A stretch of 32,000 bases of DNA from Mycolicibacterium smegmatis (GCF_001457595.1 NZ_LN831039.1:1140001-1172000), one strand, 5' to 3'. Shown: positions 1 through 9,431, counted from the first letter of the stretch. Notes: a model not told the origin generated them from the sequence alone. Numbers and translations are program-made.

Positions 1-2
1 CA

Positions 3-146
3 CACGGCCTGCACGTGCACCGCGACGGCGACCTGTCGGTGGAGACCTCGGCCCGCCGGTCGGGCCGCGCGCCCGACGGCTTCGCCGACTACCTGCGCGA
101 ACTCGCCCGCACCCCGGTGCCTGCCGAACTCGGCGCCCCGGCCTGA
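3..146 (+). CDS. C-terminal end of an unidentified protein (partial, truncated by window start)
   Basis: Open frame from the window edge to TGA at 144-146 (HGLHVHRDGDLSVETSARRSG...ELGAPA*), convergent with the next gene. Confidence 0.4.
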   Translation, partial: HGLHVHRDGDLSVETSARRSGRAPDGFADYLRELARTPVPAELGAPA

Positions 147-216
147 TCTCCTGCGCGAGCGGACGGAGGTACCCCGCGACGAGGGGTGCGGGGTACTGCC
201 CGTCTGCCGCGCCCGA

Positions 217-1836
217 TCAGCCGACCGCGCGCGCGGCACCCTCCCAGAACTGGGCCCGCACGGCCTTCTTGTCGGGCTTGCCCAGCGCGGTCACGGGCAC
301 CGAGTCGACGACGATCACCTGCTTGGGTGACTGCACCGAACCCTTGCGTTCCTTCACCGACGCCTGGATCTCGGCGGTCAACCGCTCGATGCCCTCCTCG
401 CTGCGGTCGGCGTCGGGACGCAGCACGACCACCGCGGTGACGGCCTCGCCCCACTTCTCGTCGGGCGTGCCGATCACGCACACCTGCGCGACCGAGGGAT
501 GTTCGGCGACAACGTCTTCCACCTCACGCGGGAACACGTTGAAGCCGCCGGTGACGATCATGTCCTTGACCCGGTCGACGATGAACCAGTAGCCGTCCTC
601 GTCCTCGCGGGCCATGTCGCCGGTGTGCAGCCAGCCGTCCTTGAACGTCTCGGCCGTCGCGTCGGGCAGCTTCCAGTACCCGCCGGCCAGCAGCGGGCCG
701 GACACGCAGATCTCGCCGACCTCGCCCTGCGGGACGGGGTTTCCCTCGGGGTCGAGCAGCGCCGTGCGCGCGAACATGGTGGGCCGCCCGCACGAGGTGA
801 GCCGCTTCTCGTCGTGGTCCTTCTTGCCCAGGTACGAGATCACCATCGGGGCCTCGGACTGGCCGTAGTACTGCGCGAAGATCGGGCCGAACCGCTTGAG
901 CGCCTCGGCCAGCCGCACGGGGTTCATCGCCGAGGCGCCGTAGTACACGGTCTCCAGCGACGACAGGTCGCGCGTGTGGGAGTCGGGGTGGTCCAGCAGC
1001 GCGTAGAGCATCGACGGCACCAGCATGGTCGCGGTGATGCGACGTTCTTCGATGACGCGCAGTACCTCGCCAGGATCGAACTTGGGCAGCACGATCATCT
1101 CGCCGCCCTTGACGATCGTCGGCACGAAGAACGCCGCACCGGCGTGCGACAGCGGCGTGCACATCAGGAAGCGGGGGTTCTCGGGCCACTCCCATTCGGC
1201 CAGCTGGATCGTCGTCATGGTGGTGATCGACCGCACCGTGCCCATCACGCCCTTGGGCTTACCAGTGGTTCCGCCGGTGTAGGTGAGCCCGCCGATGTGG
1301 TCGGGCGGCAACTCGGCCGCGACGAGCGGCTTCGCCGGGTACTTGGCGGCCTCGGCGTTCAGATCGGTGGCCACCCCGGCCAGCGCCTCGGGCACGGGCC
1401 CGATGGTCAGGATCTGGCGCAGCGTCGGGACCTTCTCCAGCAGTCCCAGCGCGCGCTCGACGAACGCGGGCGTCGGGTCGATGATCAGCGTCGTGACCTC
1501 GGCGTCGGACAGCACGTAGGCGTGGTCGTCGAGGGAACCCAGCGGGTGCAGCGCCGTGCGCCGGTAACCCTGCGTCTGCCCCGCTCCGATGATCATCAGC
1601 ACCTCGGGCCGGTTCAGCGACAGCAGGCCGACGCCCTCGCCGGAACCCGCACCGAGCGCCTCGAACGCCTGGATGTACTGGCTGATGCGGTCGGCGAGTT
1701 CACCGCCGGTCAGCGTGGTGTCGCCGAGGAACAGCACCGGCTTGTCCCGGTTGCGTTTGAGCGCTGCCACGGTCAGGTGGCCGGAGTGAGTGGGGTGACG
1801 CAGCAGATCGGGCGAGGAGCTTTTCACCTGGGTCAT
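217..1836 (-). CDS. fadD8: Acyl-CoA synthetase / fatty-acid-CoA ligase, FadD8-like
   Basis: AMP-binding motif YTGGTTGKPKGV, motif WLHTGDMA, C-terminal GKPDKKAV; ATG at 1836 preferred over the upstream extension; position next to the men cluster as in Mycobacterium. Confidence 0.9.
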   Translation of the reverse strand: MTQVKSSSPDLLRHPTHSGHLTVAALKRNRDKPVLFLGDTTLTGGELADRISQYIQAFEALGAGSGEGVGLLSLNRPEVLMIIGAGQTQGYRRTALHPLGSLDDHAYVLSDAEVTTLIIDPTPAFVERALGLLEKVPTLRQILTIGPVPEALAGVATDLNAEAAKYPAKPLVAAELPPDHIGGLTYTGGTTGKPKGVMGTVRSITTMTTIQLAEWEWPENPRFLMCTPLSHAGAAFFVPTIVKGGEMIVLPKFDPGEVLRVIEERRITATMLVPSMLYALLDHPDSHTRDLSSLETVYYGASAMNPVRLAEALKRFGPIFAQYYGQSEAPMVISYLGKKDHDEKRLTSCGRPTMFARTALLDPEGNPVPQGEVGEICVSGPLLAGGYWKLPDATAETFKDGWLHTGDMAREDEDGYWFIVDRVKDMIVTGGFNVFPREVEDVVAEHPSVAQVCVIGTPDEKWGEAVTAVVVLRPDADRSEEGIERLTAEIQASVKERKGSVQSPKQVIVVDSVPVTALGKPDKKAVRAQFWEGAARAVG

Positions 1837-1846
1837 GCAGTCCAGA

Positions 1847-1862
1847 CTAGAACGTGTTCCAG
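1847..1862. promoter_or_regulatory. Candidate KstR-type operator (CTAGAACGTGTTCCAG)
   Basis: Exact match to published KstR consensus TNNAACNNGTTNNA, 11 nt upstream of the fadD8 start codon. Confidence 0.65.
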
Positions 1863-1979
1863 AAATGGTGCAGTCGATCCCCCTGAACTCGGGCCGAGGC
1901 GCACAAAGCAGGTAGTCCGCTACGCATGTCACCCCTGGTCGACCTCCCTAACGTCACACATGAACAAGGAGGCACGAAC

Positions 1980-2204
1980 ATGGCGACCACCGACCGCCGG
2001 TATCCGGCGATCACCCTCTACGACGCGGCACTGTGCGCGGTGTTCGGCGCGCTGGTGTCCGCCGCGTTGACACTGGCGGTCCAGGACACCTCGTGGACCC
2101 ACGGCGCGACGGCGTGCGCGCAGCCGATCACCACCGGAACGCACGACACCGTCGTGCACCCGGGCGGCGTCATCGCCGTGACCAACGACCCGTGCCACCC
2201 ATGA
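1980..2204 (+). CDS. Small hypothetical protein with one hydrophobic segment
   Basis: ATG preceded by AAGGAGG; 74 aa; N-terminal hydrophobic stretch LYDAALCAVFGALVSAALTLAV. Confidence 0.6.
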   Translation: MATTDRRYPAITLYDAALCAVFGALVSAALTLAVQDTSWTHGATACAQPITTGTHDTVVHPGGVIAVTNDPCHP

Positions 2205-2212
2205 CGGGTGGG

Positions 2213-2247
2213 GGCTTCCCGGCGGTTGAGGGGTCCGCCGGGGAGCC
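2213..2247. terminator. Hairpin between convergent genes
   Basis: GGCTTCCCGGCGG / CCGCCGGGGAGCC arms (12 of 13 paired), 9-nt loop, between stops at 2204 and 2260; no U tract. Confidence 0.5.
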
Positions 2248-2259
2248 GCCCACAAACGT

Positions 2260-2712
2260 TCAACGTGCCGCGACCGCCCGCGCGTCGGCGGCCGCTTTCT
2301 CCGCCAGTTCGACGCGCCACTGGATCTCACGCTGAACCCACTCGTTGTCCTGCGGGAACTCCTCGACGTCGGCGATACGCCGCACCTCCAGTGTCACGCC
2401 GGTGCCCAGCGGGCACTTCGCCGCCCACTTCTTGGCCTCGTCCTTGGACGGCACGTCGATGATCCAGAACCCGTCGAAACGCGCGGTGGGGTAGGGGCCG
2501 TCGGTGACCGTGGGGTCGTCGGTGCCGAAGTCGACGACGAAACCCTCCTCCGGGTCGGTCAGGCCCTCACCGGCCACCATCACCCCGGCCTTGATGAGTT
2601 CTTCGTTGTAGCGGCCCATTTCGGCGATGATCTCGTCGAAGTCGATGTCCTGTTCGGCCAGGGCGGCCTCGGCCTCGGGGGTGGACCGCATGATCATCAT
2701 GTAGCGCGACAT
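2260..2712 (-). CDS. YCII/DGPF-domain family protein
   Basis: MSRYMMIMRSTPEAEAAL...ELIKAGVMVAGEGLTD...DGPYPTARFDGFWIIDVPSKDEAKKWAAKCP...VEVRRI pattern typical of YCII-related proteins. Confidence 0.8.
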   Translation of the reverse strand: MSRYMMIMRSTPEAEAALAEQDIDFDEIIAEMGRYNEELIKAGVMVAGEGLTDPEEGFVVDFGTDDPTVTDGPYPTARFDGFWIIDVPSKDEAKKWAAKCPLGTGVTLEVRRIADVEEFPQDNEWVQREIQWRVELAEKAAADARAVAAR

Positions 2713-2841
2713 TGTTCGGGTTCCCTTCGTCAGAGCGTGTGAGGTCTCACAGGATCGACTCGGCCCGCGCGCATTTCTCATCGCAGTTCTCATGCGGTTT
2801 CTCATGCGGGGATCAGAGACGCCTTAGATCTCACCCGCAGC

Positions 2842-4008
2842 ATGTCGATCATGAAACGTGCGCTGGCGTTGGCGGTCGTCGTCATCGGAACCCTCGCAGG
2901 CATGTTCGTGGGGTCACGCGTGATGAACTCGCCCATGGTGAGCGCAAGTCCCGTCGTCGCCTACACCGCGGTGCGCGGCCACGACGCGGTCCTGGTCGCC
3001 TATGAACGCGTGGGTGGGCAGATCCCGGTACCGTTCGGCCGCGACGACCAATGGCAGGAGCGTGTGGCCGCCTACTCCCTGGACACCGGGGAACTGTTGT
3101 GGGACAACAAGTTGCACGGTCACTCCCGAGCGGCGCGCGGAGTGCTCGCCGTGGCCGACGGCAAGGCGTACGTGGCCACCGACTTCGGATTGTCCATCGT
3201 GGACACCGAGACCGGTGAGATAATCGCCGACCGCGACCGCATCGACGGGCTCGGCGCCGACTATGCCGAGGCGTACGCGGCCTACGAGGTCGACCCGCGC
3301 CTCGATGCCGTGGTGGCGCTGACCCGCTCCGGGGCGGTGATGCAGATCCCGTTGGGTTCGATTCGGGCGCACAACGTTCCCGACGCGGTCGCCGCCGACT
3401 GGCGCGACGCCCTGCTCGACGAGTGGTCGGTGATCCTGGGGCCGACGTTCTCCACCAGCAACGTGGACCCGGCCGGCATGCCACGCACCGCGACCCTGCC
3501 CGACGGCAGCACCTTCACGTTCGCCAGGCCGTACAACACCGAGAGGGCGCAACTGATGCGCGACGGCAACATCGTCGCCAACATCACCGATCTCGAGCGG
3601 GCGCAGATCGCCTACGAAATCGTCCGCACGCCGGCGCCTCTTGCCTCTCCTGAACAACGCCGTGAGCGCCTCGACCGGACCAGGCACCACTCGTCGGCCG
3701 CGCTGCTCGGTGTCGCCGACGGGGTGGCGCTGGTGTACGGCGACCGCAGTGGTCAACCCGGCGCCGAGGAACTTCGGCTGTACGACCTCGACACCGGCGA
3801 CGTCCTGGCCACGGTCGACGACTTCGGCGGATACGTGCGGGCCACGGCCGCGCCGAAAGAGCGCATCGTCGTGATCGGCGCCGCGGAGGATTCCGGGCTG
3901 GACGACGACCGACTGATCATCTTCCGCGCCGACGGCAGAACCACGATCACCACGGTGGGCGACACGGATTTCTGGGGACGGCCACGCACTTCGGTCGCCA
4001 CGCCTTAA
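2842..4008 (+). CDS. Membrane-anchored/exported protein with PQQ-like beta-propeller blades (possibly PA2928 family)
   Basis: N-terminal hydrophobic anchor; AYSLDTGELLWDNK, DGKAYVATDFGLSIVDTETGEI, ELRLYDLDTGDVLATV repeats. Confidence 0.65.
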   Translation: MSIMKRALALAVVVIGTLAGMFVGSRVMNSPMVSASPVVAYTAVRGHDAVLVAYERVGGQIPVPFGRDDQWQERVAAYSLDTGELLWDNKLHGHSRAARGVLAVADGKAYVATDFGLSIVDTETGEIIADRDRIDGLGADYAEAYAAYEVDPRLDAVVALTRSGAVMQIPLGSIRAHNVPDAVAADWRDALLDEWSVILGPTFSTSNVDPAGMPRTATLPDGSTFTFARPYNTERAQLMRDGNIVANITDLERAQIAYEIVRTPAPLASPEQRRERLDRTRHHSSAALLGVADGVALVYGDRSGQPGAEELRLYDLDTGDVLATVDDFGGYVRATAAPKERIVVIGAAEDSGLDDDRLIIFRADGRTTITTVGDTDFWGRPRTSVATP

Positions 4009-4017
4009 CATCCCGGC

Positions 4018-5628
4018 ATGCCTGCAGCCGATCTCGTTTTTTACGGCACCGTCATGACGGTGGACCCCGCCCGGCCCACGGCCGAGGCGCTCGCGGTGTC
4101 GGGCGGGCAGATCGTCGCCGTCGGCGACCGCGCCGACGTGGCGCAGTGGGTAGGCCCCGACACCGACGTGCGAGAGCTCGGAAATTCCTGTGTGGCACCG
4201 GGGTTCGTCGAGGCGCACGGTCATCCGTTGATGGAGGCCGTCGCGGTGTCCGACCGCATCGTCGACATCCGGCCGGTCACCCTCGGCACGGCCGACGCCG
4301 TCGTCGACGCCATCCACGCCGAGGTTGCCAAACGCGGTGCGGCAGGCGCATATCTGAACGGCTGGGATCCGTTGCTGCAAACCGGCCTGCCGGAGCCGAC
4401 ACTGGCGTGGCTCGACGGCATCGCACCCGAACACCCGTTGGTGATCCTGCACAACTCCGGGCACAAGGCGTTCTTCAACTCCGCGGCCGCACGCGCGGCG
4501 GGACTCACGCGTGACACGCCGGATCCCAAGGGCGCCAAGTACGGTCGGGACGCCAACGGCGACCTCGACGGCACGGCCGAGGAAAGCGCGGCCGTGTTCA
4601 CCCTGCTGGGCGGCGCGATCTCGGTCGCCGATTACCCGGCCATGCTGCGCGCCGAGTGCGCCCGCCTCAACCGTGCCGGGCTCACGACGTGTTCGGAGAT
4701 GGCGTTCGACCCGATGTTCCGCCCGCTGCTGGCGAATCTGCACGATCACCTGACCGTCCGGTTGCGCACCTACGAGATGTCCACCGCAGCACTGCACACC
4801 GATGCGCAACCGTTCGAGGGCGACGACGTGGTGCGCCAGGTCGGCATCAAGATCTGGGTCGACGGGTCACCGTGGATCGGCAACATCGACCTCACCTTCC
4901 CGTACCTGGACACCGACGCGACCCGGACCATCGGCGTCGTCCCCGGCTCGTGCGGACACGCCAACTACACCCCTGAGCAGCTCGCCGAGATCGTCGACAC
5001 GTACTACCCGCAGGGCTGGCAGATGGCGTGCCACGTGCACGGCGACGCCGGCGTCGACACCATCCTCGACGTGTACGAGAAGGCGTTGCGACGCTGGCCG
5101 CGCGACGATCACCGTCTGCGCCTCGAACACGTCGGGGCGATCACGCCCGAGCAGTTGCAGCGGGCCCACGATCTCGGGGTCACGTGCAGCCTGTTTGTCG
5201 ACCAGATCCATTACTGGGGCGACATCATCGTCGACGGCCTGTTCGGTGCGGAACGCGGCGAGCGCTGGATGCCCGTCGGCTCGGCCGTCGCCACCGGCAT
5301 GCGCGTCTCACTGCACAACGACCCACCCGTCACACCCGAGGAACCGCTGCGCAACATCGCGGTCGCTGCGACCCGCACCGCACCCAGCGGCCGCGTGCTG
5401 GCACCCGAGCAGCGCATCACCGTCGAGCAGGCGATCCGTGCGCAGACCATCGACGCGGCATGGCAGCTGTTCTCCGACGACGTCATCGGCTCACTCGAGG
5501 TCGGCAAGTACGCCGATCTCGTGGTGCTGTCCGCCGACCCGCGCGCCACCGAACCCGCCCGCATCGCCGATCTCGACGTGCAGGCCACGTTCCTGGCCGG
5601 CCGGCAGGTGTATCCGGCGCTCGGCTGA
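4018..5628 (+). CDS. Amidohydrolase family protein (YtcJ-like metal-dependent hydrolase)
   Basis: GTVMTVDPARPTAEALAVSGGQIVAVG, VAPGFVEAHGHP, HVHGDAGVD, SLHNDPPVTP; upstream of menC as Rv0552 is. Confidence 0.85.
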   Translation: MPAADLVFYGTVMTVDPARPTAEALAVSGGQIVAVGDRADVAQWVGPDTDVRELGNSCVAPGFVEAHGHPLMEAVAVSDRIVDIRPVTLGTADAVVDAIHAEVAKRGAAGAYLNGWDPLLQTGLPEPTLAWLDGIAPEHPLVILHNSGHKAFFNSAAARAAGLTRDTPDPKGAKYGRDANGDLDGTAEESAAVFTLLGGAISVADYPAMLRAECARLNRAGLTTCSEMAFDPMFRPLLANLHDHLTVRLRTYEMSTAALHTDAQPFEGDDVVRQVGIKIWVDGSPWIGNIDLTFPYLDTDATRTIGVVPGSCGHANYTPEQLAEIVDTYYPQGWQMACHVHGDAGVDTILDVYEKALRRWPRDDHRLRLEHVGAITPEQLQRAHDLGVTCSLFVDQIHYWGDIIVDGLFGAERGERWMPVGSAVATGMRVSLHNDPPVTPEEPLRNIAVAATRTAPSGRVLAPEQRITVEQAIRAQTIDAAWQLFSDDVIGSLEVGKYADLVVLSADPRATEPARIADLDVQATFLAGRQVYPALG

Positions 5629-5648
5629 CCACGGTGCATGATTGACCC

Positions 5649-6614
5649 GTGACCAACGGCGTTCCGGCACTCGACGACATCCTGGAACGCCTGCATGTGG
5701 TGGCCCTGCCCATGCGGGTCAGGTTCCGCGGCATCACCGTGCGCGAACTCGCACTGATCGACGGGCCCGCAGGCTGGGGCGAGTTCGGGGCGTTCGTCGA
5801 ATACGAGCCGCCTGAGGCCGCGGCCTGGCTGTCCTCGGCACTGGAAGCCGCGTATCGCCCCGCACCCGCCGCCCTCCGCGACCGCGTGCCGATCAATGCC
5901 ACGGTGCCCGCCGTGTCCGCCGAACGCGTACCCGAGGTGCTCGCGCGGTTCCCCGGTGCGCGCACCGCCAAGGTCAAGGTCGCCGAACCCGGCCAGAGCC
6001 TGGCCGACGACGTCGCGCGGGTCAACGCCGTGCGCGAGTCGGTGCCCGTCGTGCGTGTCGACGCCAACGGCGGGTGGAGCGTGGACGACGCCGTCGAAGC
6101 GGCTGCCGCGCTGACCGCCGACGGCGAGCTCGAATATCTCGAACAGCCCTGCGCCACAGTCGAAGAGCTCGCCGCACTGCGCGCCCGGGTCGACGTGCCG
6201 ATCGCGGCCGACGAATCGATCCGCAAGGCCGAGGATCCCCTGCGGGTGGTCCGCGCGCATGCGGCCGACATCGCGGTGCTCAAGGTCGCGCCACTCGGTG
6301 GTGTGGCGCGCATGCTCGACATCGCCGCACAGATCGACATCCCGATCGTGGTGTCGAGCGCACTCGATTCATCGGTGGGCATAGGCCGTGGCCTGCTCGC
6401 CGCGGCCGCGCTACCCGAACTGCGGCACGCGTGCGGGCTGGGCACCGGCGGACTGTTCGTCGACGACGTCGCAGAACCCCGCGTTCCGGTCGACGGGTGC
6501 CTGGCCGTCGAACCCGCGGTGCCCGATCCGGCCCGCTTGGCTGCGCTCGCCGCACCCGAACCGCGTCGGCAATGGTGGATCGACCGGGTGTGTGCCTGCC
6601 ACGCCCTGATCTGA
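5649..6614 (+). CDS. menC: o-Succinylbenzoate synthase MenC (enolase superfamily)
   Basis: KVKVAEPG, VRVDANGGWSVDDA, EQPC, IAADESIR motifs; GTG start; men gene neighbourhood. Confidence 0.9.
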   Translation: MTNGVPALDDILERLHVVALPMRVRFRGITVRELALIDGPAGWGEFGAFVEYEPPEAAAWLSSALEAAYRPAPAALRDRVPINATVPAVSAERVPEVLARFPGARTAKVKVAEPGQSLADDVARVNAVRESVPVVRVDANGGWSVDDAVEAAAALTADGELEYLEQPCATVEELAALRARVDVPIAADESIRKAEDPLRVVRAHAADIAVLKVAPLGGVARMLDIAAQIDIPIVVSSALDSSVGIGRGLLAAAALPELRHACGLGTGGLFVDDVAEPRVPVDGCLAVEPAVPDPARLAALAAPEPRRQWWIDRVCACHALI

Positions 6615-6648
6615 CGGGCACGCTTCGGATCCCAGTACCGCGCCACGG

Positions 6649-6713
6649 TTCCGCCGTTTGTAACGCCAGGGCGGAAAAATGCCCGATTCTCCGCCGTGGC
6701 GTTACGCACGCGA
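6649..6713. repeat. 65-bp intergenic repeat copy 1 with internal dyad
   Basis: TTCCGCCGTTTGTAACGCCAGGGCGGAAAAATGCCCGATTCTCCGCCGTGGCGTTACGCACGCGA; 60/65 identical to copy 2. Confidence 0.85.
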
Positions 6714-6751
6714 GGTCTTGACGGGCTCCGCCCCTTCCTGCCGTGTTGGCT

Positions 6752-6816
6752 TTCCGCCGTTTGTAACACCAGGGCGAAAAAACGCCCGAATTTCCGCCGT
6801 GGCGTTACGCACGCGA
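6752..6816. repeat. 65-bp intergenic repeat copy 2 with internal dyad
   Basis: TTCCGCCGTTTGTAACACCAGGGCGAAAAAACGCCCGAATTTCCGCCGTGGCGTTACGCACGCGA; same orientation, start-to-start 103 bp. Confidence 0.85.
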
Positions 6817-6834
6817 ACGCGCCCCGAAATCTAA

Positions 6835-6846
6835 GTAGTGCACTAC
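6835..6846. promoter_or_regulatory. Perfect 12-bp palindrome GTAGTGCACTAC, candidate operator
   Basis: Self-complementary sequence in the intergenic region ahead of the secreted-peptide gene. Confidence 0.4.
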
Positions 6847-6970
6847 GGTCGCCGGGCTTGCGGACGCGGTCAGAGACTGCACGTATGACGGAAATCGGTG
6901 GACCACAGGGCACCTCGGGCCCGATCCACCCCGCAGACTTCGAGGGGACCCACCCGACAAAGGAAGAGCG

Positions 6971-7162
6971 ATGGCAATGTCACGACTGGTAGCCGCCGCA
7001 CTGACGGCCGCAGCAGCTGTCGCCTTCGCCCCGACCGCCGCCGCCAACCCCGCCCACGATGTTCTGTGCTTCACCAACCCGGCCTTCGCGAACGGTCATT
7101 CATCGGAATGCTCGGACGCCAAGAACCCGCTGGGTGACGAGCCCAACATCGACGTCCTGTAA
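6971..7162 (+). CDS. Small secreted protein with signal peptide
   Basis: 63 aa; MAMSRLVAAALTAAAAVAFAPTAAANPA signal-like N terminus, two Cys in the mature part; AAGGAAG Shine-Dalgarno-like sequence. Confidence 0.65.
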   Translation: MAMSRLVAAALTAAAAVAFAPTAAANPAHDVLCFTNPAFANGHSSECSDAKNPLGDEPNIDVL

Positions 7163-7226
7163 GGCAAACCCATTCGGGTAGACGCCTACTCTATTGACCT
7201 GCCCCGGCGCGGAGCACACTCACACA

Positions 7227-8373
7227 ATGAGTGGATTTCGCGTCGGGGTCAGCGACGGGGTGGTCGTCTCCCGTCCCACCGCGGACGCGTTCACCCGATC
7301 GAACTATCTGTCCGCAGTGGCTGCCGGAGTCGACTCGTTCTGGGTTCCTGATCACCTGAACAGCCTCTTCCCGCGCACCTTGTGGAACCCAAAGAACTCC
7401 GGCGCAGCGAAACTCGCGCCGTCCATCGACGCGGTCATGGAGCCGTGGACGATGCTCGGACACCTCGCGGCCCGCAACCGAGTCGCGCGTCTGCGACTGG
7501 GCATCGGCGTCACCGACAGCGGACGACGCAATCCGGCGGTCACGGCGCAGGCCGCGGCGACGCTTCACCTGCTGACGAAAGGGCGCGCGATCCTCGGGAT
7601 CGGCACCGGTGAACGCGAGGGCAACGAACCCTACGGTGTCGACTGGTCCAAGCCGGTGGCCCGGTTCGAGGAGGCGATGGCCACCCATCCGCGCGCTGTG
7701 GGATTCCAAAGGCGAGTTGGTGAACCGTGATTCGCCGTTCTTCCCGCTGCGCAACGCGCTCTTCGATCTACCGCCGTACCGCGGCACGTGGCCTCAGATC
7801 TGGATCGCGGCGCACGGACCACGGATGCTGCGCGTGGTGGGCCGCTATGCCGACGCCTACTTCCCGGCCTTCCCGCACCGCCCGGCCGATTACAAACAGC
7901 GTCTCGATCTGATACGCGATGCGGCGTCGAACGCCGGTCGCGATCCCGGCGACATCCTTCCGGCCGTGGAACTCTTCGTGGTCACGGGGCGCACCCGCGA
8001 CGAGGTCGACGCGGCTCTCGAGTCCCCGTTGGTCCGGTCGTTCGGACTGTCGATCGCCGACGAGCACTTTGTGCGCCATGGCACACAGCATCCACTGGGA
8101 GAGGGATTCTCCGGCGCCCAGGACATCCTGCCGCAGCAGTTCGACGAACAGACTGCGCTGGAGCATGCGGCGCGCGTACCGGTGTCACTTCTGAAAGAGG
8201 TCCTGGTGACAGGGACTTCCGACGACATCGTCGACCAGGTGGCCGAACGGCGGGATTGCGGTGTGCGGTACGCGGTGCTCGCGAACATCACCCCGTTGCA
8301 GACCAGCCTGCGCAAGGGTCTCGCGGCAAGCGGACCGTTCCTGAAAGCGCTGCGCAAACTCAAGAAACTCTGA
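7227..8373 (+). pseudogene. F420-type LLM-class oxidoreductase (phthiodiolone ketoreductase-like), interrupted by a +1 frameshift
   Basis: Frame 1 ends ...[14 protein letters not shown]|HPRAVG; frame 2 continues [33 protein letters not shown] to 8373. Extra C in the CCC at 7684-7686; removal gives a 381-aa protein resembling Rv2951c. Confidence 0.85.
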
Positions 8374-8408
8374 ATGTCCTGATATGTGGGATGCGTGGCG
8401 TAGACGCC

Positions 8409-9416
8409 ATGAGCCGGGTGTTCGACACTGAAGTGGTGACGCGGTCGGTGGTGATCCTCGGGTACTCCGGCGTCCAGGCATTGGATCTGGTGGGCCCGTT
8501 CGACGTGTTCACCGGCGCCGCGCTGTGGCTGGCCGGGCAGGGCCGCGAACAGCAGGCGTACACGGTCACGCTCGCCTCGGCCGACGGCGCGCCGGTCACC
8601 ACGCTGACCGGCCTGGAGTTCGTCGCCGCGCCGCCGCCCGACCCGTGTGGCGACATCGACACCGTCGTCATCCCCGGTGGCATCGGCGCCGACGAGGCCA
8701 GGCGCAACCGGGAGGTCGTCAACTGGATCAAGACCGCGGCCGACCACGCACGCCGCGTGGTGACCGTGTGCACGGGCGCGTTCCTGGCCGCCGAGGCAGG
8801 CCTGCTCGACGGCTGCCCGGCCACCACCCACTGGGCGTCGGCGCGTCGGCTCGCCGACGAATTCCCGTCGGTGACAGTCGATCCGGAGCCCATCTTCATG
8901 CGCAGCTCCGAACGCGTGTGGACCGCTGCCGGTGTCACGGCGGGCATCGACCTGGCACTGTCGCTCGTCGAGGACGACCACGGTACCGACGTCGCGCAGA
9001 ACGTCGCACGCTGGCTCGTGCTGTATCTGCGCCGGCCCGGCGGTCAGACGCAGTTCGCCGCGCCGGTGTGGATGCCGCGGGCCAAACGGGCGCCGATCCG
9101 CGCGGTGCAGGAGGCCATCGAAGCCGATCCCGGTGGTGCACACAGCATCTCGGACCTCGCGCAGCGTGCCGCAATGAGCCCTCGGCACTTCACGCGGGTG
9201 TTCACCGAGGAGGTGGGGCAGTCGCCCGGGGTGTACGTCGAGCGCATCCGCATCGACGCCGCGCGTCGTCAACTCGAGGAGAGCGACGACACCGTCACCG
9301 CCATCGCGGCGCGCTGTGGATTCGGCACCGCGGAAACCATGCGCCGCAACTTCATCCGCCGTCTCGGGGTCTCGCCCGACCAGTACCGCAAGACGTCCGC
9401 GCTCACCGGACGCTAG
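8409..9416 (+). CDS. GlxA-type transcriptional regulator: DJ-1/PfpI domain plus AraC HTH
   Basis: VVILGYSGVQALDLVGPFDVF, VVTVCTGAFLAAEAGLLDG, C-terminal ISDLAQRAAMSPRHFTRVFTEEVGQSPGVYVERIRIDAARR and CGFGTAETMRRNFIRRLGVSPDQYRK. Confidence 0.9.
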   Translation: MSRVFDTEVVTRSVVILGYSGVQALDLVGPFDVFTGAALWLAGQGREQQAYTVTLASADGAPVTTLTGLEFVAAPPPDPCGDIDTVVIPGGIGADEARRNREVVNWIKTAADHARRVVTVCTGAFLAAEAGLLDGCPATTHWASARRLADEFPSVTVDPEPIFMRSSERVWTAAGVTAGIDLALSLVEDDHGTDVAQNVARWLVLYLRRPGGQTQFAAPVWMPRAKRAPIRAVQEAIEADPGGAHSISDLAQRAAMSPRHFTRVFTEEVGQSPGVYVERIRIDAARRQLEESDDTVTAIAARCGFGTAETMRRNFIRRLGVSPDQYRKTSALTGR

Positions 9417-9431
9417 GAACCAGGAGCAACC

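Noticed and set aside
2914-4809. 631-aa minus-strand ORF
   Set aside because: Antisense shadow of the beta-propeller and amidohydrolase genes
6649-6816. CRISPR array
   Set aside because: Only two units, 65 bp with internal dyads and one 38-bp gap; no cas genes in the window
5483-6913. 476-aa minus-strand ORF
   Set aside because: Shadow of menC with low-complexity Ser/Arg/Ala translation, runs through the repeats
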